Virus record (IMG/VR): IMGVR_UViG_3300045988_153982
Coordinates: 1-38,347 of that record
Direction: 5' to 3' (one strand)
From: a virus
DNA: 38,347 bases
Part shown: piece after piece, positions 7,904 through 17,346 of the stretch
Layout of the letters: every line of letters begins with the position of its first letter
Numbering within the stretch: position 1 is the stretch's first letter
Made by a program: the position numbers and the translations under genes
The notes under the pieces: model-generated
The model's database searches: none
What the model saw: the letters and a program-made list of their open reading frames with translations, nothing else
What the model was told of the DNA's origin: nothing

Positions 7904-9893
7904 TTATGATGGAAAAATTGTTATAGGAACTCAAATAGATACAAAACAATTTGACGCTCAAATAAAAAATTTAGAAAACAAATTAAATGATGTAGAAGCT
8001 AGTTTACAAATGGCTAGCGAAGATAAAACTTTATTTTCTACTAGAGAAATTGAAGAAATGGAAGCTGAGGCAGAAAAATTAAGAAATCAAATTGGGCAAC
8101 TTAGAGGAGATTTTAAAAAACAAACAGCCGAAACAGATAAAAGTTTTGATAGAAATATAAACAAAATTAAAAGATTGGGTTTGTCATTATTTGCTATTCG
8201 CTCGTCTTATGCTTTGGTTAGTAGAGCAAGTTCGGCTTATCTTTCACAAGATACTGAATTGGCACAAAAATTACAAAGTGTTTGGGTTGGTTTAGGTACT
8301 TTTTTAGCACCAGCAGTAGAAGGAATAAGCAATGCTTTGTTAAAAGCCTTGGGATATCTTAATGTATTTATAAAAGCATTAACTGGGGTCGATTATATAG
8401 CTAGAGCAAATGCGAAGTCTTTAAAAAAGCAAGCAGACGCACAAAAACAATTAGCAGCTGGTATTGACGAAGTTACTAACTTACAAGAAAGTGCTAGCGG
8501 AGGTAAACCAAGTGGCTTAATTGAAATTCCTGAACTTGATGATAGAATTGTTAAAAAATTACAAAATTTGGCTAGAGCAATAAAAGAAAACGAAGATGCA
8601 TTAAAACTTTTAGGAATTGCTTTTGGTGCTGTTTTAGGATATAAAGCTATAAAAAAAATAATAGATAATATTGGATGGTTAGTAGGTTCAAAAGGATTAG
8701 GAAGCATTCCAAGGTCAATAAGTATAAGTTTAACTTTATTAGGTGTAACTGCCATTATAGCCGAAATAAAATTAATAAAGGGTGAATTAGATACTTTGAA
8801 TGATTTTACAATTTCAGCTCAAAAAAATGCCAAAAAAATTGGAGAAGACCTTTATAAAGATGAGAAAAATATTAATAAATTGTTAAAAGATAGTAATTAT
8901 AGAAGAGCGCTAGGTCTAGAAACTTTGGAAAAAATAGAAACTATTGAAGGTTCAATATTTGGAATAGATAAAAATTATTTAGATAATGTACAGGCTGGCA
9001 TCGAAGTCAATGAAGCAATTTTAAATAATTTAAAAAAACAATATAAAGAAAAAAAATTAACTAAAGAAGAGCAAGAAAAAGTTCTCAAAAATTTTATTGA
9101 CCAATATAATTATAATATTGCAATAATGCAAATATTAAGAAAAAATGGTATAGAAACTGAGAATATAGAAGAAATAACAGGAAACTACGCTGATACAATA
9201 AACAAAATTGCTAGTGAATTAGGAATTTCTGATGATAAATTGAATGAAATGGTAAAAAAATCTAGTGAAAACGAAAAATATACTAAAGGAATGTATGATA
9301 ATATAAAAAATATCAATGACATAAAATTAACAGATAAAGAAGCAATTATTAATTACAAAGCAGAAGTCGATACTTCAAAAATGGAAAAAGATTATAGCAA
9401 TGCGTTTACACGTATTGGTGATAATATCAGCAATCTTTTTACTTTAAATTATTGGAAAAGAATATGGAGATGGGTTCCTGAAGCATTTGGTAATTTTTTA
9501 TCTAGAGCTGGTAAAGGCGGTGGTGGCGGAGGTGGTCGTGGATTTGCTGATGGCGGTATAATACCGACCGTTCCACTTCAAGGCGTTGTTTATAATCCAG
9601 GACCAGGTGTAAACATTGGTGGCGGTAATATTGCAGGTGAAAAAGGTGCAGAAGTTATATTTCCATTACAAAATAGCAAATTTATAGATGATTTTGCTAA
9701 TCAATTGGCTGGAAAATTAGGCGATGGTACTAATACACAATTGTTATTAGAATTAAATAGAAATATAGCAGAATTAGCTGATAGACCTATCGTTTTAAAT
9801 GTTAATGGTAAATCGTTTGCACAAGCTACATATCAAGATTATCGAAACGAACAAAAACGTCAAAATGATAATGCACAAATTATAAGGAGTTGA
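7896..9893 (+). CDS. Tail tape measure protein
   Basis: AGGAGG RBS at 7882..7887. About 666 aa, coiled-coil N-terminus, hydrophobic segments, Gly-rich GGGGGGGRG segment. Canonical position. Confidence 0.8.
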   Translation: MNNYDGKIVIGTQIDTKQFDAQIKNLENKLNDVEASLQMASEDKTLFSTREIEEMEAEAEKLRNQIGQLRGDFKKQTAETDKSFDRNINKIKRLGLSLFAIRSSYALVSRASSAYLSQDTELAQKLQSVWVGLGTFLAPAVEGISNALLKALGYLNVFIKALTGVDYIARANAKSLKKQADAQKQLAAGIDEVTNLQESASGGKPSGLIEIPELDDRIVKKLQNLARAIKENEDALKLLGIAFGAVLGYKAIKKIIDNIGWLVGSKGLGSIPRSISISLTLLGVTAIIAEIKLIKGELDTLNDFTISAQKNAKKIGEDLYKDEKNINKLLKDSNYRRALGLETLEKIETIEGSIFGIDKNYLDNVQAGIEVNEAILNNLKKQYKEKKLTKEEQEKVLKNFIDQYNYNIAIMQILRKNGIETENIEEITGNYADTINKIASELGISDDKLNEMVKKSSENEKYTKGMYDNIKNINDIKLTDKEAIINYKAEVDTSKMEKDYSNAFTRIGDNISNLFTLNYWKRIWRWVPEAFGNFLSRAGKGGGGGGGRGFADGGIIPTVPLQGVVYNPGPGVNIGGGNIAGEKGAEVIFPLQNSKFIDDFANQLAGKLGDGTNTQLLLELNRNIAELADRPIVLNVNGKSFAQATYQDYRNEQKRQNDNAQIIRS

Positions 9894-9898
9894 TTTTT

Positions 9899-10279
9899 AT
9901 GGCATTTTTAGAAGCAAGTTATGATAATAAAAACTGGTTTGCATTACCAACACCAAATAGAGATAACTTTAGCCCAACATATACTCATCTTGAAAAATCT
10001 TATAGAGACGCAAATGGTGGTTTTCATAGGGATATAATAAGAAGAAACTTGGCAAAAGTTGTTGTCGGATGGGCAAGATTAAATGCCACCGAAATGGCGC
10101 TTTTGCAAAAAATATATAATCAAAATTATGTTTATTTAAAGTATACTGATAATTATGGAAATAGAGTTACTAAAAAAATGTACGCTGGGCCACTCGATGG
10201 TAAAACTAGGTATGCTGACAAAAAAACTTATTTGTTATCAGTTAGAACAGATGTACAAATGAATTTTATTGAATATTAG
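9899..10279 (+). CDS. Tail component protein (start trimmed to ATG 9899 after AAGGAG)
   Basis: ORF-track 9890..10279 starts with TTG. ATG 9899 has a proper SD. Confidence 0.45.
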   Translation: MAFLEASYDNKNWFALPTPNRDNFSPTYTHLEKSYRDANGGFHRDIIRRNLAKVVVGWARLNATEMALLQKIYNQNYVYLKYTDNYGNRVTKKMYAGPLDGKTRYADKKTYLLSVRTDVQMNFIEY

Positions 10280-10287
10280 GAGGGAAT

Positions 10288-12135
10288 ATGGCTGTAAATA
10301 ATGAAGAATTTAACAAAGCTATAACTAACACGGAAAGAGAAATTAAAGGGTATGTTGAAATTATATATAATGATACTGATAATAGTAGTTATGCCCCTAG
10401 TTTTCCAACGCAAGCTGAATTTAGTGGTTATTATGAAATAAATGATGGTTATAGAAAAAATAAAAACTATGCAAGTTTAGAAGAAAATTACACGGAACTA
10501 GACGGTAGTTTTCTTCTTCCTAATAAAAAGGTCATCGGGGATAAAGCAGGTTATATTAGCAACAAATTATTTAAAGATATAACAGATACCAAAATAACTT
10601 TAGACATTAATAATCCACTTGTAACAGAAGAAAATAGAATACCGGTTAAAGCTTCAGGAATAACTATTTATTTCTTTAATAATATAGCATATGATTTTGA
10701 ATTGAAAATAATTAATGAAAATGATGAAGAAACTATATTCAATGTAAAAGATAATAGACAAAAAGTTTTTCATCAATTTTTCGAAAATGATATTACTATT
10801 AAAAAAATGGAACTGACTATTTCTTCTATGGAATATCCAAACAGAAGAATAAGAATATCTGAAATTGATTTTGGTATTTCAAATATATATGAAAATGATG
10901 AACTAATATCATTTACTACAAATGAAGAAATAGATATTTTAAAACAGTCTGTTCCAATAAATGATTGTACAATTAATCTTAATAATTATAATCGTGATTT
11001 TGACCCATTAAATCCTCAAGGACTAGTTAAATATCTTACACAAAATTGCATTATAAAACCTTTTTGTGGAGTGCTTGTTGAAAATGCTGGAGCTGAATAT
11101 AAAAGTCTTGGGTATTATTATTTGGATAATTGGAATGCGAATGTAGATGGCAATGTAACTTTAAATGGTAAATCAATGGTTGCAATATTAAATAAACTGG
11201 AATTGAAAAGTGGAAGCACAAGTAAAATTCTAAGTAATAGTTTTAAAAGTGCCTCAGAACTTAATACTGCTTTTAGAGCATTTTATAAATTTAATTTTTC
11301 ATTAGTAACCGCAATTAAATTTTGGTATACTAAAAGTACCAATTTAATGAATAATATAATTGCCGGTTCTACTGGTATTTTTGATAATGAAGGTGGAATG
11401 CTGGGAAGTGAACATATTTTGTTCGTTAATAGAAATAATGTTTTTTCGGAAGGTGATGCATTTAAGCAACCAATTGAACGTTATATGAAAATTACTTTGA
11501 ATGATATGTTAGAAGAACCTAAAGTTGAATTAAGACAAAAAATTTCAAAAATAAATTTTGTTATTGAACAATATAAAAATACAAGTGAACAAATTAAATT
11601 ATTAGATGAAAAAAAATATATTTTAAATAATAGCGAAGAATATGTTTGGTTTAATTATGATAAATTCCAAAGCGAAAATATTAGCCAGACCCCTATGTTT
11701 ACATACACTTCTAGCAATGGTGGTATTGCCGAATTGATTGACAGCAATACAAAAATGTGCTATATAAAATTTAATGGTTCAGTTGGAGAAAAATTTACAT
11801 TAAATTTAACAACATCTGGTGAAATGGTAGCCTATAATAAAAATACTATTTCTTATATTAATGAAAATGCAAATGAAAATGGTCAAGAGATAACTTACGA
11901 CTTTACAGGTTTCCAAAAAACTAGTGATGTAAATTTGAGAAACTTTGCACGAGACATATTAAGATATGACAAAGAGTATAAATTTTCGGGAAATTTTAAT
12001 GGTAACCCATTAATAGACCCTAGAACTGTTGTAACTTTGGAAACAAAGTTTGGAGATAAGATAGTCGTTATAACGAAAATAACAAATACTTTTGATGGTG
12101 GATTATCTAGTTATTTTGAAGGAGTTGAATTATGA
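10288..12135 (+). CDS. Distal tail / baseplate protein (Dit/Tal region)
   Basis: 615 aa directly after the tape measure and small tail gene. GGAGGG RBS. Confidence 0.5.
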   Translation: MAVNNEEFNKAITNTEREIKGYVEIIYNDTDNSSYAPSFPTQAEFSGYYEINDGYRKNKNYASLEENYTELDGSFLLPNKKVIGDKAGYISNKLFKDITDTKITLDINNPLVTEENRIPVKASGITIYFFNNIAYDFELKIINENDEETIFNVKDNRQKVFHQFFENDITIKKMELTISSMEYPNRRIRISEIDFGISNIYENDELISFTTNEEIDILKQSVPINDCTINLNNYNRDFDPLNPQGLVKYLTQNCIIKPFCGVLVENAGAEYKSLGYYYLDNWNANVDGNVTLNGKSMVAILNKLELKSGSTSKILSNSFKSASELNTAFRAFYKFNFSLVTAIKFWYTKSTNLMNNIIAGSTGIFDNEGGMLGSEHILFVNRNNVFSEGDAFKQPIERYMKITLNDMLEEPKVELRQKISKINFVIEQYKNTSEQIKLLDEKKYILNNSEEYVWFNYDKFQSENISQTPMFTYTSSNGGIAELIDSNTKMCYIKFNGSVGEKFTLNLTTSGEMVAYNKNTISYINENANENGQEITYDFTGFQKTSDVNLRNFARDILRYDKEYKFSGNFNGNPLIDPRTVVTLETKFGDKIVVITKITNTFDGGLSSYFEGVEL

Positions 12136-12905
12136 TATATTTAACAAAAGAAATGTTACAACAAATTGAAGATAAAATTGAGGCGTTGCACAAAAAATTT
12201 AGAGAAAAATTTAATACAACCGAAACAACTCTAAGAAATTTACAAGTTGGGGATTATTTTGGAAATCAAAAATTGTATTTTGATTTTGATAATTTTATTT
12301 ATTTTGAAAATGAAGATAAAAATACTAATATAATAGAAACAGATGATAAATATAAAATGTATTATTATTCAAAAACTTTAAGTAAGCCAACAAGATATTA
12401 TATTTATTTAGAAGACGGGGACAATAGAATAAGTGTTTTAGGCGTTATTAGTGATGTTATTGTAAATAGAAATGGTTTTAATACAAATGGCAACTCGAAA
12501 GTAACATCAATAAAAAGTGATGAAGATGCTTTTAAATCTATTAAAGTAAAAGATAATAGATATAAACTATTGGCATATACAAAAAAAACTTGGGTTGACA
12601 ACGAATTTCCTTACATGCAATATATTGATAATATTGAAGAAGGAATAAATGATGTAGCTGAAACATTTTATGCACCAACTGGTTTTGATTATAAGCCGTG
12701 GATTTTAAAAGGAAATATAAGTAATTATAATTCTGCAGAAACAAATGGCTTATCCCAAAAAACAATTTCAGAAGATGACTTTGTTAGGTGGAACAAAAAC
12801 ATAGATTTGTTAGAAAAAGCGTTTGATGATATAATTAATATATGGAATTTGATTAGCTATATAAATTGGAATGAAGAAAGCCAATTTGAATGGGAGGATA
12901 GATAA
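12132..12905 (+). CDS. Baseplate / tail-associated protein
   Basis: ATGA overlap with the upstream tail gene. 257 aa. Confidence 0.4.
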   Translation: MIYLTKEMLQQIEDKIEALHKKFREKFNTTETTLRNLQVGDYFGNQKLYFDFDNFIYFENEDKNTNIIETDDKYKMYYYSKTLSKPTRYYIYLEDGDNRISVLGVISDVIVNRNGFNTNGNSKVTSIKSDEDAFKSIKVKDNRYKLLAYTKKTWVDNEFPYMQYIDNIEEGINDVAETFYAPTGFDYKPWILKGNISNYNSAETNGLSQKTISEDDFVRWNKNIDLLEKAFDDIINIWNLISYINWNEESQFEWEDR

Positions 12906-12906
12906 T

Positions 12907-13953
12907 ATGGCGAAAGTTAATTTTATAAGAAGACACACAGATGTTGAAGTTGATGAAGAACCAATCGTTGATGGCAATTTTATTGTAACAGGCGATGGAA
13001 ATATATATATTGACTATGGATTAGAAAGAATTAAAATTGTTGGTGGAGGTGGTGGTAGTGCCACAGGTGACACGTTGCCAATTGGTAGTATTACCGCTTA
13101 TGGAAAAGAAACAGCACCAGCTAATTGGTTGATTTGTGATGGTAGTGCTGTAAGTAGAACTACATATGCTGATTTATTTGCAGTAATTGGCACAAAATAT
13201 GGCGAAGGCGATGGAAGTACAACATTTAATCTTCCTAATTTAAAAGGGAGAGTTCCTGTTGGATTAGATGGCAGTGATACTGATTTTAAACCAATTGGAA
13301 AAACGGGTGGAGAAAAAACACATACATTAAGTGTTTATGAATTACCGAAAAAAATTCCTGTTAATTACGGTAATATTTCTGGAGGAACAGATGTTGTTAT
13401 TTCTTCATCTGTTGTTGGAACAGGTGGTGTCAAATCTGGTCAAGCAAATATGAATATTAGTGCTACTGGTCAAGCACATAATATCTTACAACCATATGAA
13501 GTTAGTAATTTTATTATAAAAGCCTTTCAAAGTGCTGGGGTTGTTGCTAGTGTAGTTAACACACAAACGGGAAGCGATACAAATGTATATAGTTGTAATT
13601 ATGTTAATAAATTAGTAACTTATTCAACTGAAGAACAGTCAGTAGGAAAGTGGATAAACAACAAACCCATTTATAGAAAGGTTATTACTTTTAAAGGATT
13701 AGCAGAAAAAATGGTCATGACAATTGACTGCAACATTAATAATTGCGACAACATTTGGATAGAAAGCCAGTTTATTGTTTCAGATTCAAAGTATGTATGT
13801 ATATTACCAATGGTGGGTTATAATGTTACTGTTGGAGATTCAGTAACCTATTCATGGTTAATGAATACAACTTTAAATATATATTCAAGTGGTGGTTGGG
13901 GTGATGACTGGACTTTTTACATTATTTTGAATTATACAAAAACAATAGATTAA
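12907..13953 (+). CDS. Tail fibre / receptor-binding protein with phage tail-collar domain
   Basis: GGGAGG RBS. Motif LPIGSITAYG...PANWLICDGSAVSRTTYADLFAVIGTKYGEGDGSTTFNLPNLKGRVPVG matches the tail-collar signature (PxGWLxCDG...Y.xLF..IG..YG.GDG.TTF.LP.L+GR). Confidence 0.75.
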   Translation: MAKVNFIRRHTDVEVDEEPIVDGNFIVTGDGNIYIDYGLERIKIVGGGGGSATGDTLPIGSITAYGKETAPANWLICDGSAVSRTTYADLFAVIGTKYGEGDGSTTFNLPNLKGRVPVGLDGSDTDFKPIGKTGGEKTHTLSVYELPKKIPVNYGNISGGTDVVISSSVVGTGGVKSGQANMNISATGQAHNILQPYEVSNFIIKAFQSAGVVASVVNTQTGSDTNVYSCNYVNKLVTYSTEEQSVGKWINNKPIYRKVITFKGLAEKMVMTIDCNINNCDNIWIESQFIVSDSKYVCILPMVGYNVTVGDSVTYSWLMNTTLNIYSSGGWGDDWTFYIILNYTKTID

Positions 13954-14012
13954 AAATAAAAATTTTACAAAAACACAAAAATGTGTTAAAATTATAAAAA
14001 GGAGATGATATT

Positions 14013-14303
14013 ATGGAAATAACATATATGATTATTTTAACAATAATAACTTATATATTTGGTGCTATCACAAAAGTGTTTGTTGACAATGTGCCAAATA
14101 GATTTATACCACTTCAAAATGTTATAATTGGTATTGTTGCTGGACTTATTTGTTATTTTACTAAGATTGAAAGCAACCTACTTCAAGCACTATGCCTATG
14201 CCTTATGGCAACAATGACTGCTGGCGGTGTTGCTGATTTAAAAAATTTAAAACAAAGTTCAGAATTTATTGAAGAAACTTCTGATAATAAAGGGGCTGAA
14301 TAA
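14013..14303 (+). CDS. Holin
   Basis: AAGGAG RBS. 96 aa with two to three TM helices and a charged C-terminus. Immediately upstream of the endolysin. Confidence 0.65.
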   Translation: MEITYMIILTIITYIFGAITKVFVDNVPNRFIPLQNVIIGIVAGLICYFTKIESNLLQALCLCLMATMTAGGVADLKNLKQSSEFIEETSDNKGAE

Positions 14304-14305
14304 AT

Positions 14306-15106
14306 ATGAGCAATTCAAAATTAGTAGACAAAAATATTCCTGCATATAGCGGAAACTATACAAAAAATCGTTCAAAATATTGCAAAAAAATAACAGAAAT
14401 TTGTATTCATCACACAGCCTTTGTTACTTCTATTGAAACTTTAGGAAGGGTATTTCAAAGGGTTGGCAGAAAAGGTTCAAGCCATTATGGAATTGGAAAC
14501 GATGGCAGAATAGCACAATTTGTAAATGAAAGTGATGTTGCGTGGACAAATTCAAATTGGAATGCAAATTGTCGCTCTGTAACAATTGAAACTTCTAATA
14601 GTTCAACTGGTGGAAATTGGCCTGTGAGTGACAAAGCACTTAACTCATTAATTAAATTAGTGGCTGACATTGCTAAAAGAAATAATTTAGGAACACTTAT
14701 TAAAGGCAAAAATGTCACTTGGCATCGCATGTATTCAAATACAGCATGCCCAGGCGAATATTTACTAAGTAAAATGGATTATATCATTGAACAAGCAAAT
14801 AAAATTAACAAGGGTCAAGTAGTTGAAGAATGGACTGCTGGCACTTATAAAATTTTGGTATCAAAAACATTAAGAAGAAAGACAACTTTAGAACCTAGTA
14901 ATCGTTGCCGTGTCGGAAATTTAGACAAATACACGCAAACATTATTAACATCAAAAAACAAAAATGCAATTGCAAATTTTAAAGTAGGAGTTGAAATTCC
15001 TATACAAGAAATAATAAAATCAGAAGGGCGAGTTTGGGGAAGATATTTCAATACTTATATAGTGTTGTGTAACAAAGATGGCTCTAAACAAGCACAAAAA
15101 AAATAA
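14306..15106 (+). CDS. Endolysin: N-acetylmuramoyl-L-alanine amidase (PGRP/Amidase_2) with C-terminal SH3b-like wall-binding domain
   Basis: Motifs CIHHTA, SHYGIGNDG, VAWTNSNWNANCRSVTIE, WHRMYSNTACPGE fit the zinc-amidase PGRP fold. The C-terminal ~90 aa resemble SH3b. Confidence 0.85.
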   Translation: MSNSKLVDKNIPAYSGNYTKNRSKYCKKITEICIHHTAFVTSIETLGRVFQRVGRKGSSHYGIGNDGRIAQFVNESDVAWTNSNWNANCRSVTIETSNSSTGGNWPVSDKALNSLIKLVADIAKRNNLGTLIKGKNVTWHRMYSNTACPGEYLLSKMDYIIEQANKINKGQVVEEWTAGTYKILVSKTLRRKTTLEPSNRCRVGNLDKYTQTLLTSKNKNAIANFKVGVEIPIQEIIKSEGRVWGRYFNTYIVLCNKDGSKQAQKK

Positions 15107-15366
15107 TGGAAATTACTTTAGCAATTGCAATTATAAGTTGTGTAATTTCTGTTAGTGGTTTTGCACTAAATAGAAAAGACAAGTCAAATAAAGACACGCA
15201 AAATGATAGTTACAAATGGGGAATGATTGACACACAAATTAAGCAAATTTTAAATAAACTTGATAAAATTGATAGTAAACTTGACAATTATGATAAAGAA
15301 ATAGATGAAAGAATAAATACTGCTTTAGAACACCATATAAAAGAATATCATCAAAAAGGAGAATAA
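15106..15366 (+). CDS. Small membrane protein (one TM) after the lysin
   Basis: ATGA overlap with the endolysin. Hydrophobic N-terminus. Confidence 0.4.
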   Translation: MEITLAIAIISCVISVSGFALNRKDKSNKDTQNDSYKWGMIDTQIKQILNKLDKIDSKLDNYDKEIDERINTALEHHIKEYHQKGE

Positions 15367-15368
15367 TA

Positions 15369-15638
15369 ATGGGTTTGAAAGAGGAAATGTTGGAAATGAA
15401 GAAAGAAGTAAAAGAAATTCAAGAAGAAAGTTTAGCAATGTCTTTATTAAAGGATTATAAAATCCAAAATAAAAGGCAATTTATAGTTATTTTAGTTATT
15501 CTGGGAATGTGGTTTGCAACAATTGGGTATTTAGTGTATATTCTTAACGATATTGGCACTGAAACTACCACTACAGAAGAATTAATTGATATTGATGACG
15601 TTGATAATATTGAAAATAGTCATATTCATAATAATTAA
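15369..15638 (+). CDS. Small membrane protein (one TM)
   Basis: GGAGAA RBS. Central hydrophobic helix. Confidence 0.4.
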   Translation: MGLKEEMLEMKKEVKEIQEESLAMSLLKDYKIQNKRQFIVILVILGMWFATIGYLVYILNDIGTETTTTEELIDIDDVDNIENSHIHNN

Positions 15639-15720
15639 TGGGAAGAATTAGAATATATCGAAAAACTACAACAACAAGAAAATATAGAAAATCTAAACAA
15701 AAGAAAAAGAGGAAATAGCT

Positions 15721-15915
15721 ATGTTTGAATTATCAAAGTCTGAATATCTAAAAATATGCGATGAATGTATGCTTAATGAAGAATATTGTAAACTTCTTGA
15801 AATGAAAATAAAAGGCTGTACAAGGCCAAAAATGGCAATGGAACTTAATGTTTCTGAACCAACTCTTGATGTAATGATTAAAAAATTAAAGAAAAAAATT
15901 AAGAAAATTTTATAA
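15721..15915 (+). CDS. Sigma-70 region-4-like HTH protein (putative late transcription regulator)
   Basis: 64 aa. ...RPKMAMELNVSEPTLDVMIKKLKKKI resembles the region-4 HTH of ECF sigma / ArpU-type regulators. GAGGAAATAG RBS. Confidence 0.5.
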   Translation: MFELSKSEYLKICDECMLNEEYCKLLEMKIKGCTRPKMAMELNVSEPTLDVMIKKLKKKIKKIL

Positions 15916-15925
15916 AATACACATA

Positions 15926-15955
15926 GAAAGTCAATAAAAATGGCTTTCTTTTTTA
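15926..15955 (+). terminator. Rho-independent terminator
   Basis: agaaagtca-ataaaaa-tggctttct hairpin (one G-U pair) followed by a T-run. Confidence 0.5.
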
Positions 15956-15971
15956 TTGTATAATTTAATTA

Positions 15972-16382
15972 ATGAAAGGAATGATGTTTATGTTTAATCC
16001 TTATAATAACTACAATGCTTTTAGTAATCCAATTGACAGAATTGATAATCAAATGAAAGAACTTGAAAATCTAAAAAGGAATTATCAAAACTCACAAACA
16101 CAACCTATACAGAACATTATAAATACAAATGGCTCTCAGATTGATTTTGAGGCGCGAATTTTGAATGAAAATGAGAAACCTGATGAAATACTTATACAAA
16201 GAAAAACAGCCTTTATAGACCTTAAAAATGGTGTTCTATCAATTAAGGAATTAAATGGTGATATTAAGTCTTATAAAATTGAACTACCTAAAACACCAGA
16301 ACAATTAAAAATTGAAGAATTGGAAAAACAAAATAAAGAATTACTAAGTAAATTGGAAGAAAAAGAAAGGAAAGGTAAATAA
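15972..16382 (+). CDS. Hypothetical coiled-coil protein
   Basis: ORF with ATGA overlap to the next gene. Preceded by ttgtataat (-10 with TG). Confidence 0.4.
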   Translation: MKGMMFMFNPYNNYNAFSNPIDRIDNQMKELENLKRNYQNSQTQPIQNIINTNGSQIDFEARILNENEKPDEILIQRKTAFIDLKNGVLSIKELNGDIKSYKIELPKTPEQLKIEELEKQNKELLSKLEEKERKGK

Positions 16383-16615
16383 TGAATGCACTTAATTTAA
16401 TAAAACAACTAATGGCAAGTGGTAATCCTAATGCCATGATACAAAATTTAGCAAAGACTAACCCTAAGATAGCACAGGCTATGCCAGTAGTTGAGGAAAT
16501 TATGAAAACTAGTGGTAGCAAACGTGAAGTTATTGAAAAGGCTTGTAAAAAAGCAAATATGGATAGCAAAAAAGTTGAAGAACAATTAAAAAGTATTGGT
16601 ATTAACATTGAATAA
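16382..16615 (+). CDS. Hypothetical protein (77 aa)
   Basis: ATGA-coupled ORF. Confidence 0.4.
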   Translation: MNALNLIKQLMASGNPNAMIQNLAKTNPKIAQAMPVVEEIMKTSGSKREVIEKACKKANMDSKKVEEQLKSIGINIE

Positions 16616-16647
16616 TGTTGATATAGATTATAGAAAGGAGGTTTACT

Positions 16648-17199
16648 ATGAACGGAAATGGAAGCATGGCTTTTGATTGGAGTTGGATAGTCGCTCTTTT
16701 GATAATTGCGGGGATTTTTGGTAATGGCTTCGGTTTTGGCGGTGGAAATGCTGCTGGAGTTAGTGAAGAGTTCTTAGATAATAGACTAATGGCTAGAGAT
16801 ACATTCAATGTAAACACTAACTTATTAGACACTAAATATGCTTTAGGAACTGAAATCCTAAATAACAGATACCAAGCACAACTAGGAGACTGTGGATTAT
16901 CTAAAGAAATAATGCAAAATAGATATGATAATGCACTTCAAACTCAAACTTTATCTTCTCAAATGAATGAATGTTGCTGTGCAACTAAACAGTTAATCAT
17001 TGAAGAAAATCAAAAAACAAGAGATTTAATTCAAAATAACTATATTGAAGGTTTAAGAACTGCATTATCAGACGCAAAAGCAGAAATAAGCAACCGTGAC
17101 CAAACAAGTGCCATTTTAAATACAATGGGACGCTGGCATGGTTATCCAAGTTGTGGATGTGGAATGGGTTGCACAACTTATTCACAAAATTTAATTTAA
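16648..17199 (+). CDS. Membrane-anchored Cys-rich protein (N-terminal TM plus Gly-rich, CCC and CGCGMGC motifs)
   Basis: AAGGAGG RBS. Hydrophobic segment SWIVALLIIAGIFGNGFGFGGG followed by a polar domain carrying ECCCATK and SCGCGMGCTTY. Confidence 0.45.
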   Translation: MNGNGSMAFDWSWIVALLIIAGIFGNGFGFGGGNAAGVSEEFLDNRLMARDTFNVNTNLLDTKYALGTEILNNRYQAQLGDCGLSKEIMQNRYDNALQTQTLSSQMNECCCATKQLIIEENQKTRDLIQNNYIEGLRTALSDAKAEISNRDQTSAILNTMGRWHGYPSCGCGMGCTTYSQNLI

Positions 17200-17217
17200 C
17201 ACTTGTCAGTGTATTAT

Positions 17218-17248
17218 AAAGAGGGACAAGTTCCCTCTTGTTTTTTTA
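17218..17248 (+). terminator. Rho-independent terminator
   Basis: agaggga-caagt-tccctct hairpin followed by a T7 run. Confidence 0.7.
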
Positions 17249-17294
17249 AAAAAAACAAAATAATTGTTATTTTTGATATTATTTTAGCAAAAAT

Positions 17295-17309
17295 TGTGAA
17301 AATATCACA
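17295..17309. promoter_or_regulatory. Palindromic operator-like site TGTGA-N5-TCACA upstream of the BclA-like gene
   Basis: Perfect inverted repeat tgtgaaaatatcaca in the 5' region of the gene starting at 17347. Confidence 0.3.
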
Positions 17310-17346
17310 AAAATACAAATAATTTTATGAGAAAGGAGAATATAAA

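Noticed and set aside
9520-9545. ggcggtggtggcggaggtggt repeat as a possible DNA repeat or CRISPR-like element
   Set aside because: It encodes the GGGGGGGRG glycine run of the tape measure protein. It is a single locus with no spacer-repeat periodicity.
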